Source: Fidelibacterota bacterium | Lineage (GTDB): Bacteria > Fidelibacterota > Fidelibacteria > Fidelibacterales > DSDE01 | Reading direction: 5' to 3' | DNA: 64,000 nt | NCBI GenBank assembly: GCA_046735395.1 | Contig: JBJKQR010000062.1 | Location: 1 to 64,000 of the forward strand | In this document: in pieces, positions 42,757 through 53,484 of the stretch | How positions within the stretch are numbered: position 1 is the stretch's first letter | How the letters are laid out: every line of letters begins with the position of its first letter | Notes under the pieces: model-generated | Told to the model about the DNA's origin: nothing | What the model saw: the letters and a program-made list of their open reading frames with translations, nothing else | The model's database searches: none | Translations under genes and position numbers: made by a program

Positions 42757-44016
42757 ATGTTTTACAAAAATAAAATAATCAGCAACAAACTGGGGGATCT
42801 GGATATCATTTCCCTCTTTCTGGTCCTGATCCTGACGGCCATCGGGCTGACAGGAATTTTCAGCGCCACCAGCTATGTGGACTCCCAGATTCGCGTTTCC
42901 CATCCCTTCATCAAGCAGGTTATTACCCTGGGAATCGCTCTGGTCTTCTTTTTCGTTCTCTTTTCCATCAGAAAGAGCTTCCTGAAAAACATAGCTCTGA
43001 CCCTCTACATCATCGGCCTTCTGCTGGTCATCGCAACCTTTTTTATTTCGAACGATGCCACCAACACAAACCGCTGGCTTGATCTGGGCTTTTTCCGTTT
43101 CCAGCCCTCGGAATTCATGAAATTCTTTCTCATCATCATTCTGGCAAAATTCTTTTCCGATACGAAAATTCCCCGCAATTCCCTTTATTATACGCTGGTT
43201 CCCCTGGGCCTCACACTCCTTCCCACTTTTTTTGTATTTCTGCAGCCGGATCTGGGAACATCCCTGGTTTATATCGCGATTTTCGCCGGAATTCTCTTTG
43301 CCAGCGGCACCCGGCTCTATCATATTTTCCTCATTACCGCGCCCATCGTCACCATTCTTGCGGCCTTCAATATCACCACATTTTTCATCTGGGGCATCAT
43401 TACCGGAATCATCGTTTTATTCAATAATGAAAATATCTGGAAAATGGTTCTCGTTTTCGTGGGCAATATTACCGTAGGCCTCGTCACACCCATTGTATGG
43501 AATGGCCTCAAATCCTACCAGAAACAGCGAATCATGACACTGTTCAATTCCAGTCTGGATCCTCAGGGTGCCGGATATCAGGTTCTCCAGTCTCAGATTG
43601 CCATCGGCTCCGGAGGACTCCGGGGCAAAGGTTTCATGAACGGCACCCAGACCCATCTCCGTTTCCTGCCGGAACAGCATACGGACTTTATTTTCTCTGT
43701 GATCGCCGAGGAATTCGGATTTGTCATGGTCGCCGTCATTTTCTTCATCTTTCTCTTCCTCTTCATCAAATGGCAGCGCATGGCCTTTTCCGTGCGGGAC
43801 CGTTTCGGAGCCACGCTCATCATCGGCGCCTCCACTGCCCTCCTCTTTCACGTCTTCATCAATGTGGGCATGACCATCGGCATCATGCCGGTCACCGGCA
43901 AGCCACTGCCCTTTATCAGCTATGGCGGATCCTTTCTGCTCACCTGTTACGGCCTGCTCGCTCTCATCCTCAACGGCAATACGGAACAAATACCTCAAAA
44001 AGATTTATATTCATAG
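42757..44016 (+). CDS. rodA: SEDS peptidoglycan polymerase RodA
   Basis: FQPSEFMK, QPDLGT, AIGSGG, LPEQHTDFIF, PVTGKPLPFISYGGS. Confidence 0.95.
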   Translation: MFYKNKIISNKLGDLDIISLFLVLILTAIGLTGIFSATSYVDSQIRVSHPFIKQVITLGIALVFFFVLFSIRKSFLKNIALTLYIIGLLLVIATFFISNDATNTNRWLDLGFFRFQPSEFMKFFLIIILAKFFSDTKIPRNSLYYTLVPLGLTLLPTFFVFLQPDLGTSLVYIAIFAGILFASGTRLYHIFLITAPIVTILAAFNITTFFIWGIITGIIVLFNNENIWKMVLVFVGNITVGLVTPIVWNGLKSYQKQRIMTLFNSSLDPQGAGYQVLQSQIAIGSGGLRGKGFMNGTQTHLRFLPEQHTDFIFSVIAEEFGFVMVAVIFFIFLFLFIKWQRMAFSVRDRFGATLIIGASTALLFHVFINVGMTIGIMPVTGKPLPFISYGGSFLLTCYGLLALILNGNTEQIPQKDLYS

Positions 44017-44037
44017 AAAGCCTGTCTAAATTTAGCG

Positions 44038-44484
44038 ATGGAAAAATTGATTGTAAAAAACCGCAAGGCCTTCCATGAGTACGCCATGCTGGAAACATTT
44101 GAAGCCGGTCTCAGCCTGCTGGGAACAGAAGTGAAGGCGATCCGGGAAGTAAAGGTAAATTTAGTGGACAGCTACTGCCGCATCGAGGATAATGAGGTTT
44201 TTCTCGTGGATGCCCACATTTCCCAGTACAGCCACCATGGCTACAGCCCACATGATCCGCGGCGTGAACGAAAACTGCTGCTTCACCGGCAGGAAATCCG
44301 AAAAATAAAAAAAAAACTCGATACCCAGGGACTGACTCTCATTCCCATTCGGCTTTATTGGAAGAATAACCACATCAAGGCTGAAATCGCTCTGGCCAAG
44401 GGAAAAAAACTCCATGACAAACGGGAGGATCTGGCCAAAAAAGATGCCCAACGGCACATCGAACAGCAATTAAAACGGAGATAG
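44038..44484 (+). CDS. smpB: SsrA-binding protein
   Basis: NRKAFHEY, EAGLSLLGTEVK, RKLLLH, GKKLHDKRE. Confidence 0.97.
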   Translation: MEKLIVKNRKAFHEYAMLETFEAGLSLLGTEVKAIREVKVNLVDSYCRIEDNEVFLVDAHISQYSHHGYSPHDPRRERKLLLHRQEIRKIKKKLDTQGLTLIPIRLYWKNNHIKAEIALAKGKKLHDKREDLAKKDAQRHIEQQLKRR

Positions 44485-44490
44485 GAACTG

Positions 44491-45705
44491 ATGACGACAT
44501 TCGCCCCCATCAATGAACAGATGGATCTCATCCGGAAAGGGTGTGAAGAAATAACCCCCGAAGAGGAACTGGTAAAGAAGCTGGAATTTTCTAAAAAAAG
44601 CGGAAAGCCGCTGCGCATAAAGCTGGGCGCTGATCCCAGCCGTCCCGACCTCCACCTGGGACATGCGGTGGTGCTGAACAAGCTGCGGACCTTCCAGGAT
44701 CTGGGCCATACAGCAGTACTCATCATCGGGGATTTCACGGCGATGATCGGTGATCCCACCGGCCGGAACAAAACCCGTCCCTCCCTCACTCTGGAGGACA
44801 CACGGGCCAATGCCGCCAGCTATTTTGACCAGGCCGGCATCATCCTGCAGAATGATCGTCTGGAAATTCATTATAATTCTGAGTGGCTGGATAAAATGTC
44901 CTTCAGTGACGTCATATCACTGGCCGCCCGCTATACGGTGGCACGCATGCTGGAGCGGGATGATTTCTCGAACCGCTATAAAAACGGCCAGCCTATTTCG
45001 GTTCATGAACTGCTCTACCCTCTTGCTCAGGCTTACGACTCCGTGGCCATCAAGGCGGATGTGGAACTGGGCGGTACGGACCAGAAATTCAATCTACTGG
45101 TCGGCCGGGATATTCAGCGTGAATTCGGCCTGGAACCCCAGGTTATTCTCACCATGCCCATTCTTGAGGGCCTGGACGGCGTGGAAAAAATGTCCAAATC
45201 ACTGGACAATTATATCGGCATTACGGAGAGTGCAGCCGATATGTACGGGAAGACCCTGAGCATTTCCGATGATCTCATTATGCGCTACTTCACGCTGACC
45301 ACGGATCTGACACCTGAAGACCTGAATAAAATTCAGTCTCGTCTCAACTCCGGTGAAAATCCCCGGGATATCAAGCATGACCTGGCCTGGCATATAGCCC
45401 GGCGCTACCACGATGCAGCGGCAGCCGACGCTGCCAGGGCCCATTTTGAACAGGTTTTCGTCAACAAGGGGATCCCGGATGATATTGAAGAATTTACAAT
45501 TCCTGAGAACCCATATTTTATTTCTAAGGTTTTATTTGAAAGTGGTTCCGTGGCTAGTGCAAGTGAAGCAAAACGTCTTTTAAAACAGGGGGCCATTTCA
45601 ATAGATGGTGAAAAAGTCAACTCCGATGCAGGAGCAATCAACTTTTCAGATGGAAATATAATCAAAGCAGGAAAACGGAAATTTCTGAAAATCCGCATAA
45701 ACTGA
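44491..45705 (+). CDS. tyrS: Tyrosine--tRNA ligase
   Basis: KLGADP..DLHLGH, GGTDQKFN, KMSKS and a C-terminal S4 domain. Confidence 0.97.
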   Translation: MTTFAPINEQMDLIRKGCEEITPEEELVKKLEFSKKSGKPLRIKLGADPSRPDLHLGHAVVLNKLRTFQDLGHTAVLIIGDFTAMIGDPTGRNKTRPSLTLEDTRANAASYFDQAGIILQNDRLEIHYNSEWLDKMSFSDVISLAARYTVARMLERDDFSNRYKNGQPISVHELLYPLAQAYDSVAIKADVELGGTDQKFNLLVGRDIQREFGLEPQVILTMPILEGLDGVEKMSKSLDNYIGITESAADMYGKTLSISDDLIMRYFTLTTDLTPEDLNKIQSRLNSGENPRDIKHDLAWHIARRYHDAAAADAARAHFEQVFVNKGIPDDIEEFTIPENPYFISKVLFESGSVASASEAKRLLKQGAISIDGEKVNSDAGAINFSDGNIIKAGKRKFLKIRIN

Positions 45706-45726
45706 AAAACTGGGGTTTTCGCTGAT

Positions 45727-46830
45727 ATGCTGAAAATCCTGTATATTTCTCCGGAAAATACCGTCGGTACACTGAATCTGTGGAAGTCCTACCATGAATC
45801 ACGTGGAAATATCTGCCGCACCGTGACATTCTATCCTTCATCAGCCGGGTATCCGGAAGACATCTGCCTGCATCTGCCACTGATCAGCACTGGTAAAGGA
45901 TACCGCAGCTTCCGGCATCGCCTCCAGAAGCGATGGTACGGACAGGATCCTCAGACAGCAAAAGCCGGAAAGCCCCCCGTCTGGACTCCTTCGGGAACTG
46001 CTGAAGCGCTGTGGTTTCGAGTCCGTGACTTTATCTGGTCCTTCAGTGTGGAACAGGCAATTGAGCGTTACCATCTCGATGAATTTGACATTTACCATTT
46101 CGAATGGGGCCTGGACTTCTATCGCGACTGCCGTTTTGCCGCCCGGATGAAGGAAGCGGGGAAAACCATCATCAATACCTATCATGGCCAGGATATGCGA
46201 AATCGCGGCGTCCTGCCGGTCATGGACGAGCTTGCAGACCTGAGACTCAGTTCAGAGCTTGATCTGCTGGATCTGCATCCCAAGCTGAAATATCTCTTCC
46301 TTCCCTTTCGAACCGCTGCCTTTTCCCATCCGGACAAGGCGGTTCACAAGCCCCTGAAAGTCTGTCATGCCACGACCAACCGCTATTTCAAAGGTTCCGA
46401 TCATATCATCAGAGTTTGCAGGGAACTCGAAGCAGACGGTCTGATTGAATTTGTATTAATCGAGAATCGTCCTCACGAAGAGGCGCTTGAACTGAAATCA
46501 GGCTGTGATGTAAATATTGACCAGCTGACCGATCTGGGAGGCTGGGGCTATGGCATGAATTCGGTGGAAAGCCTCAGTATGGGCATCTGTACTCTGGCCT
46601 TCCTCAATCCCACCTATGAAAAATTTATCCCGGACCACCCTTTCGTAAATACCCACCCGGAAACTCTGAGAGATAATCTGCTGCAGCTGATAAAAGATCC
46701 GGATTCTGTGGCGGAAAGAGGGCGCAGCGGACGGGAATGGGTGCGCACGCATCATGACATCTCAGCGGTGGGAAAGCAGCTCTATGCCTATTATGAGGAT
46801 TTGAGAGGAGATGGCCGCCTTGTCTCCTGA
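45727..46830 (+). CDS. GT-B fold glycosyltransferase (GT4-like)
   Basis: HATTNRYFKGS, DVNIDQL..GYGMNSVESLSMG, GREWVRTHH. Confidence 0.75.
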   Translation: MLKILYISPENTVGTLNLWKSYHESRGNICRTVTFYPSSAGYPEDICLHLPLISTGKGYRSFRHRLQKRWYGQDPQTAKAGKPPVWTPSGTAEALWFRVRDFIWSFSVEQAIERYHLDEFDIYHFEWGLDFYRDCRFAARMKEAGKTIINTYHGQDMRNRGVLPVMDELADLRLSSELDLLDLHPKLKYLFLPFRTAAFSHPDKAVHKPLKVCHATTNRYFKGSDHIIRVCRELEADGLIEFVLIENRPHEEALELKSGCDVNIDQLTDLGGWGYGMNSVESLSMGICTLAFLNPTYEKFIPDHPFVNTHPETLRDNLLQLIKDPDSVAERGRSGREWVRTHHDISAVGKQLYAYYEDLRGDGRLVS

Positions 46831-47731
46831 ATCTTTTTTTATCCCGATTTCCATTATTATCCCCAGTTATCAGCGACGGGAGTTGCTTGAACAAACTTTG
46901 AATTCCGTAATGGCGGCAGATTATCCCGTGGCGAAGCGACAGATCATCATCGTGGACGATGGCAGCAGTGACGGCACCGAAGAATACTGCCGGAGTCTGT
47001 CCGGCATTGATTATATCCGCCATGATCAGAACCGGGGACGGGCGGAAACCCGGAATTCAGGACTTCGGGCAGCTGCCGGAAGAATCTGTTTTTTCCTGGA
47101 TGATGACCAGGTCATTCCCGCTCATTTTTTCACAGCGCATCTCGAACGCTATCATCGGTTTCCGGACTGTGTCGGCACCGTCGGCCAATACCGGACGCCT
47201 GAAAAGGATCAGCACGTCTGGGGGAAATATCTGGAAAGCCGCGGAGCCATCAAGCTTCCGCCGGACACAGCTCTGCCTGCCAAGTATTTTCAGGGCGGAA
47301 ACATCAGCATCCGCTCTGATATTCTGTCAAAAATCGGAGGATTTGATCCGCTTTTTGACAGCTATGGCGGCGAAGACAGCGATATGGGGCAACGGCTCTC
47401 GGAGTATGGCCCCATCTATTTTACGGCTCATGGATACAGCTACCACCACGGAATCCCTTCTCTGTCCCATCAGCTGGACCGTCTGGAGGACTTCGGCAGG
47501 AAATCCCTGAAGGATCTCCTTGCCAAGCATCCCGATCTGGAAAGCACCTACAATATCAGATATTTCAAATTCCCGTGGAATATGGCCTGGTCCCCCCTTC
47601 TCTATCGGCTGGCCCTTGCCTGCTACAGGCGGGTACCCCGGTCCGCAGCCTTCACGATGTTATCCTATCTGCAGGCATACAGGGTATATCGCGGATACAG
47701 GTATAAGGCCACGCATCCCGGAAGCTCGTAA
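46811..47731 (+). CDS. Glycosyltransferase family 2
   Basis: SIIIPSY, IIIVDDGSSDGT, RNSG, FLDDD, GGFD..YGGED. Confidence 0.9.
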   Translation: MAALSPESFFIPISIIIPSYQRRELLEQTLNSVMAADYPVAKRQIIIVDDGSSDGTEEYCRSLSGIDYIRHDQNRGRAETRNSGLRAAAGRICFFLDDDQVIPAHFFTAHLERYHRFPDCVGTVGQYRTPEKDQHVWGKYLESRGAIKLPPDTALPAKYFQGGNISIRSDILSKIGGFDPLFDSYGGEDSDMGQRLSEYGPIYFTAHGYSYHHGIPSLSHQLDRLEDFGRKSLKDLLAKHPDLESTYNIRYFKFPWNMAWSPLLYRLALACYRRVPRSAAFTMLSYLQAYRVYRGYRYKATHPGSS

Positions 47732-47842
47732 TCCGAACGGTTTATTCAGACAATTCGTAAATCAATTTCAATAGCATCATATCGATCGAATGGCGTTCTG
47801 ACCACTTCACTGTCTGACATTTGATCCTGAAAAATTCAGTGT

Positions 47843-47874
47843 AAAAAAAAAAGGCTCCGCAAGGGAGCCTTTTT
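47843..47874. terminator. Intrinsic terminator of groEL, probably bidirectional
   Basis: A-run, GGCTCC-GCAAG-GGAGCC, T-run, located between convergent genes. Confidence 0.85.
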
Positions 47875-47894
47875 CTATTATGAGAGTCAATATG

Positions 47895-49613
<1,719 letters not shown>

Positions 49614-49699
49614 TCAAAATTTCCTGTATCCTTTTCGGATGATTCATGTGCCGTGCTGCCGGAAAGTTACAGCGATTTGACAGGCCATTTTTCCGCATC

Positions 49700-49726
49700 T
49701 TAGCACTCTCCTCATCTGAGTGCTAA
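49700..49726. promoter_or_regulatory. CIRCE operator (HrcA binding site)
   Basis: Exact TTAGCACTC-N9-GAGTGCTAA upstream of groEL. Confidence 0.95.
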
Positions 49727-49754
49727 TTTTAAGGAGATTTACCAATTATTTCAA
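49726..49754 (-). promoter_or_regulatory. Sigma70-type promoter of groEL
   Basis: TTGAAA (49754-49749), 17 nt, TAAAAT (49731-49726), abutting the CIRCE. Confidence 0.75.
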
Positions 49755-49823
49755 CAGATTTTCTCCTCCTGAAAATCCGAAATTCAGTAAATGCCCATCC
49801 GGATCTATAAATAATTCAGATAA

Positions 49824-50891
49824 TTAAAAAGGCGGCTCATTCTGTGTTTCGCGGCCGGTCCCCAGGCTGTCCCCATTCTCGAAGTACAGGCTATCCGGCT
49901 GACGCAGGCTGTCCTGAAGACCCAGGCTGTCCGGCAGAACTTCCGGAACAGGCGGGTCACTGTAATGAAAATCACGGTTGAATTTTTCCGGATAATAATA
50001 ATCGAGAGAATCAGCGGTTTCCGAATTCTGACGCAGCCAGGCCGTGATATGAATTCCGTCTTCGGCGGAAATCATTTTATACAGGTTGCCTGCTCCATCC
50101 ACGTAAAATTCCCGGATTATCTCCGACCAGGCCAGGCGGGGAATATGGAAACGTGCCTGCACGCCCTGAGCTTCATCAACCAGAAGGACAGATCTTTTTA
50201 CTCTCTGAGGATCATTTTCTGAATATTCCTCCACATACACAAAGAGCTGACCATCCGGGCTGAGGCCAACGAAGCGGCTCACCGCCAGCCGTTCAAAAGG
50301 CAGAATTTCCTCAGATCCATCCGGAAATTGCAGCTCACATTCCTGAAAACTTTTTCGAGTTACCCGGACTGTACTGCCATTCCCATCAACAGGAATTCCC
50401 TTGAAGAGCATATACCGTCCCTTTGCATTAATATCCGGGTTCAGCCAGGTACTGTAATTAATAATGGGAAGAACGCGCTTTTCTATCGGGTCCCAGCGCA
50501 TATCCGTAATGCGATGTCTCGGATTGCTCACCGTCATTTTATCTTCAATATTGCCATGGGTCAGTGTATAGATCACATTATCCTGCAGAAGATAAACCGA
50601 ATTATCATGGAGCAAAAAATCCTCTGCATTCGTCAGCGGAATATGCTGTGCATAATCAAACAGGCTGTCCTGATAAAATTTAAGGGCCTCGTTCACCCGG
50701 TCCAGAACAGCAATCCGATTTCCCTCCACGCTGAAAGCTGAGGGGCCGAGTACTGTCGCGGGAACCTCCCAGCGGGCAACATCACCCGGCCGATCGCCCC
50801 AGGGCAGGAACAGCAGATCCCGAAATTCATATTCAACTGCTGCCAGAGGCAGCGCTGCAATGAGCAACAATAGTAAGATTTTCTGTTTCAT
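49824..50891 (-). CDS. Secreted hypothetical protein, possibly a beta-propeller
   Basis: Start moved to ATG 50891 after an AAAGGAG RBS; signal peptide MKQKILLLLLIAALPLAA; GPSAFSV..IAVLD and FYVDGAGNLY. Confidence 0.7.
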   Translation of the reverse strand: MKQKILLLLLIAALPLAAVEYEFRDLLFLPWGDRPGDVARWEVPATVLGPSAFSVEGNRIAVLDRVNEALKFYQDSLFDYAQHIPLTNAEDFLLHDNSVYLLQDNVIYTLTHGNIEDKMTVSNPRHRITDMRWDPIEKRVLPIINYSTWLNPDINAKGRYMLFKGIPVDGNGSTVRVTRKSFQECELQFPDGSEEILPFERLAVSRFVGLSPDGQLFVYVEEYSENDPQRVKRSVLLVDEAQGVQARFHIPRLAWSEIIREFYVDGAGNLYKMISAEDGIHITAWLRQNSETADSLDYYYPEKFNRDFHYSDPPVPEVLPDSLGLQDSLRQPDSLYFENGDSLGTGRETQNEPPF

Positions 50892-51091
50892 TTGACTCCT
50901 TTGCAACCGATGTGTCCTGATGATCCGCCCCCCCTTTCCGGCCTGGGTTATAGCTGCCGGTTCCAGTCTGCCGTCCGTCAGAACCCGAATTTTCATTCCG
51001 TCGGAAAATACGCATTCAGAGTCAGATTTATTATAAAAAAAACCACCCAATCCGCCTGCTGCTCATCCTGACGAGGAAATATTACCAATAT

Positions 51092-51120
51092 AAAAAAGCC
51101 GGACAGGAATCCGGCTTTTT
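51092..51120 (-). terminator. Intrinsic terminator of the kor/fumarase operon
   Basis: AAAAAAGCCGGA-CAGGAA-TCCGGCTTTTT. Confidence 0.8.
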
Positions 51121-51140
51121 CGGAAATAGCTATTCGAATA

Positions 51141-51722
51141 TTATTCCAGTCCGACCAGCTCTTTGTAAACCTTTTCCGAGCGGTCGCGGATATCCTTATG
51201 CAGACTGTTTCCATGTGAATCCATGGTTACAACTGCCTGAAAGTCCTTCACCTCAATGACCCACATCGCCTCCGGCACTCCGAATTCCTCCAGCTTGATA
51301 ACCTTGTGAACCCGGGTCACCGATTTAGCGAGAAGAGTCGCCGCACCCCCAATGGCATGCAGATACACGGCACCGTGCTCCTTCAGGGCCTGAAGGGTTT
51401 TTGCACCCATTCCCCCTTTTCCGATGGCAGCGCGAAGTCCGTATTCCTTGAGGACATCTCCCTGATAGGGTTCCTCTCGAATGGAGGTCGTCGGCCCGGC
51501 CGCAACAAAATGCCATTCTCCATCCTTTTTTTCAACGACAGGGCCACAATGATAAATCATGGAATCCTTGAGAATATCCCGAATTTCATCAGGCCGTTCC
51601 TCCACCATCCAGGCATGAGCCGCATCCCGGCCGGTTACCATGATTCCGCTGATAGCCACTTCATCACCGACTTTCAGCTCGCGAATGGCTTCTTCACTGA
51701 TCGGAAGCTGCAGCTTAATCAT
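51141..51722 (-). CDS. Class I Fe-S fumarate hydratase / tartrate dehydratase beta subunit
   Basis: GRDAAH, YHCGPV, AGPTTSIRE, IGKGGM, EAMW, MDSHGNS. Confidence 0.92.
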   Translation of the reverse strand: MIKLQLPISEEAIRELKVGDEVAISGIMVTGRDAAHAWMVEERPDEIRDILKDSMIYHCGPVVEKKDGEWHFVAAGPTTSIREEPYQGDVLKEYGLRAAIGKGGMGAKTLQALKEHGAVYLHAIGGAATLLAKSVTRVHKVIKLEEFGVPEAMWVIEVKDFQAVVTMDSHGNSLHKDIRDRSEKVYKELVGLE

Positions 51723-52602
51723 ATATCACCTCCGATTCCTTAAACAGCATGGTATGACGTCTGTCAGCCCAGCACATGTAGGCCAGGCTCACGAAAAAGG
51801 ACGCAGGAAGACGGTGCAGCTTGCCGATTTTCACAGCGAGAGCAGTAGTCCTGCCGCCGAATCCCATGGGTCCGACACCCAACTTGTTCAGGTCTTCCAG
51901 AAGCCGTCCTTCCAGGCCGGCCAGATCCCGATCCGGATTTGTGTCATCCAGTTTCCGGAACAGCTGTTTCTTGGCCATGATCATGGAAGAGGCCCGGTCA
52001 CCACCGATACCGATTCCCATGATTCCCGGAGCACAGCCCTGACCCTGAGCATTGAATACGAGATCAACGATGCACTTGTACACACCGTCCAGATTCCGTC
52101 CGGCTTTCAGGCGCGTATCCGGCAGTTTATACTGACCGGAGACATTTTCCGATCCGCCGCCCTTCAGGGCAAGGCGCACCTGAATGGCATCCTCATCCCA
52201 TTCATCGAAATGGAAGTAGGGCGCCATGATTCCTGTATTGTCTCCGGAATTCTTCCCGGATACGCTGTCGACGGCATTGGGGCGCAGATAGGCCTTCGCC
52301 GTGGCCATGCGCGTGGCTTCCGCGATGGCCGCTTCCACCTTTCGCATGGATACGCCCACCGGTATGGTGATATAGTGGATATTGGTTCCCGTGTCCTGGC
52401 AGATAGGCGTACTGCCGTCACGTGCTTCGTTGATATTCCGCAGAATAGCACTGAGAACAGATTTGGCGGCAGATCCATCGTCTTCCGCATCCCGGGCCTT
52501 CTCAAGCACCCGGACAACATCGGGCGCCATATCGGTACTGGCACGGCGAATCAGCTCCAGCGTCGCATCGCGAAACTTGTCATGATTGAATTCAAAACTC
52601 AT
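51715..52602 (-). CDS. Class I Fe-S fumarate hydratase / tartrate dehydratase alpha subunit
   Basis: PICQDTG, YLRPN, KGGGSEN, GCAPG, GPMGFGG, CWADRR. Start moved to ATG 52602 after a GGAG RBS. Confidence 0.92.
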   Translation of the reverse strand: MSFEFNHDKFRDATLELIRRASTDMAPDVVRVLEKARDAEDDGSAAKSVLSAILRNINEARDGSTPICQDTGTNIHYITIPVGVSMRKVEAAIAEATRMATAKAYLRPNAVDSVSGKNSGDNTGIMAPYFHFDEWDEDAIQVRLALKGGGSENVSGQYKLPDTRLKAGRNLDGVYKCIVDLVFNAQGQGCAPGIMGIGIGGDRASSMIMAKKQLFRKLDDTNPDRDLAGLEGRLLEDLNKLGVGPMGFGGRTTALAVKIGKLHRLPASFFVSLAYMCWADRRHTMLFKESEVIYD

Positions 52603-52623
52603 AACTTCACTCCAATCCATTGA

Positions 52624-53484
52624 TCAGGGTTCGAACATTTTCAGCAGGTCCATTTTGGGCGGAACCGGCTTGCCTCCCTTTGCATTGTCCTGAATCTGAT
52701 GAACCAGATCCGTATAGGTCGGACGGTTCTTATGATAGATGATACCCAGTTTCAGATGGTCGTCGCTGTTGGCAATATCAAAGGCGGCAACTTCATCGGA
52801 CGGATCATGACTGTCATCAATGAAGGAGCTCTGTTCCTTGATCATCGTGAATTGATCACGTCCCATGAAGGTCGGGCAGGGGCTCAGGAATTCGACGAAT
52901 GAGAACCCCTTGTGAGCAATGGCATGCGAGAGAATTTCAGCTGATTCCTTCGGATACCCGCTGAAGGCGCGGGCAACGAAGGAGGTATTATAGGAGATCA
53001 TCATTCTTACGGGGTTGATGGGTGCTTCCATGTTTCCGTAGGCCGTGGTCTTGGTTTTGAGACCGAGGGGCGAAGTCGGTGAGGCCTGTCCCTTGGTGAG
53101 TCCGTAAATGGAGTTATTCATGACGATATAGGTAATATCAATGTTTTTACGGGCTGCATGAGGAATATGTCCGGATCCGATGGAAAATCCGTCCCCGTCA
53201 CCGCCGACGGCAATAACGGTCGTGTCCAGATTTGCCATCTTTGCACCCGTCGCGACAGGCAGAACACGTCCATGAACACTGTTGAAGCCATAGGTTTTCA
53301 TATAGCCGGGCAGCCGGCTGGAGCAGCCGATACCGCTGATAACCGCAAGCTGATGCGTGGGAATCTGCAGTTTGGCCAGAGCCTGGTACAGCGCGTTCAG
53401 CACGCCGTAGTCACCGCAACCCGGACACCAGATCGGTTTCAGGTCGCTTTTATAGTCTTTTGCTGTAAGATTTTGTATTTCCAT
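52624..53484 (-). CDS. korB: 2-oxoacid:ferredoxin oxidoreductase beta subunit
   Basis: WCPGCGD, SGIGCSS, HGR, GGDGD, YGLTKGQ, SPCPTF. TAATG overlap with the alpha gene; substrate not determinable from sequence. Confidence 0.9.
   Translation of the reverse strand: MEIQNLTAKDYKSDLKPIWCPGCGDYGVLNALYQALAKLQIPTHQLAVISGIGCSSRLPGYMKTYGFNSVHGRVLPVATGAKMANLDTTVIAVGGDGDGFSIGSGHIPHAARKNIDITYIVMNNSIYGLTKGQASPTSPLGLKTKTTAYGNMEAPINPVRMMISYNTSFVARAFSGYPKESAEILSHAIAHKGFSFVEFLSPCPTFMGRDQFTMIKEQSSFIDDSHDPSDEVAAFDIANSDDHLKLGIIYHKNRPTYTDLVHQIQDNAKGGKPVPPKMDLLKMFEP

Noticed and set aside
38622..44016. Link between mreBCD and the MshQ-like gene, as in the Vibrio msh-mre order
   Set aside because: They are 10 kb apart on opposite strands with unrelated operons between; probably coincidence.
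50892..51090. Riboswitch or N-terminal extension upstream of the secreted hypothetical gene
   Set aside because: No aptamer consensus that I recognise; the RBS and signal peptide support the start at 50891.
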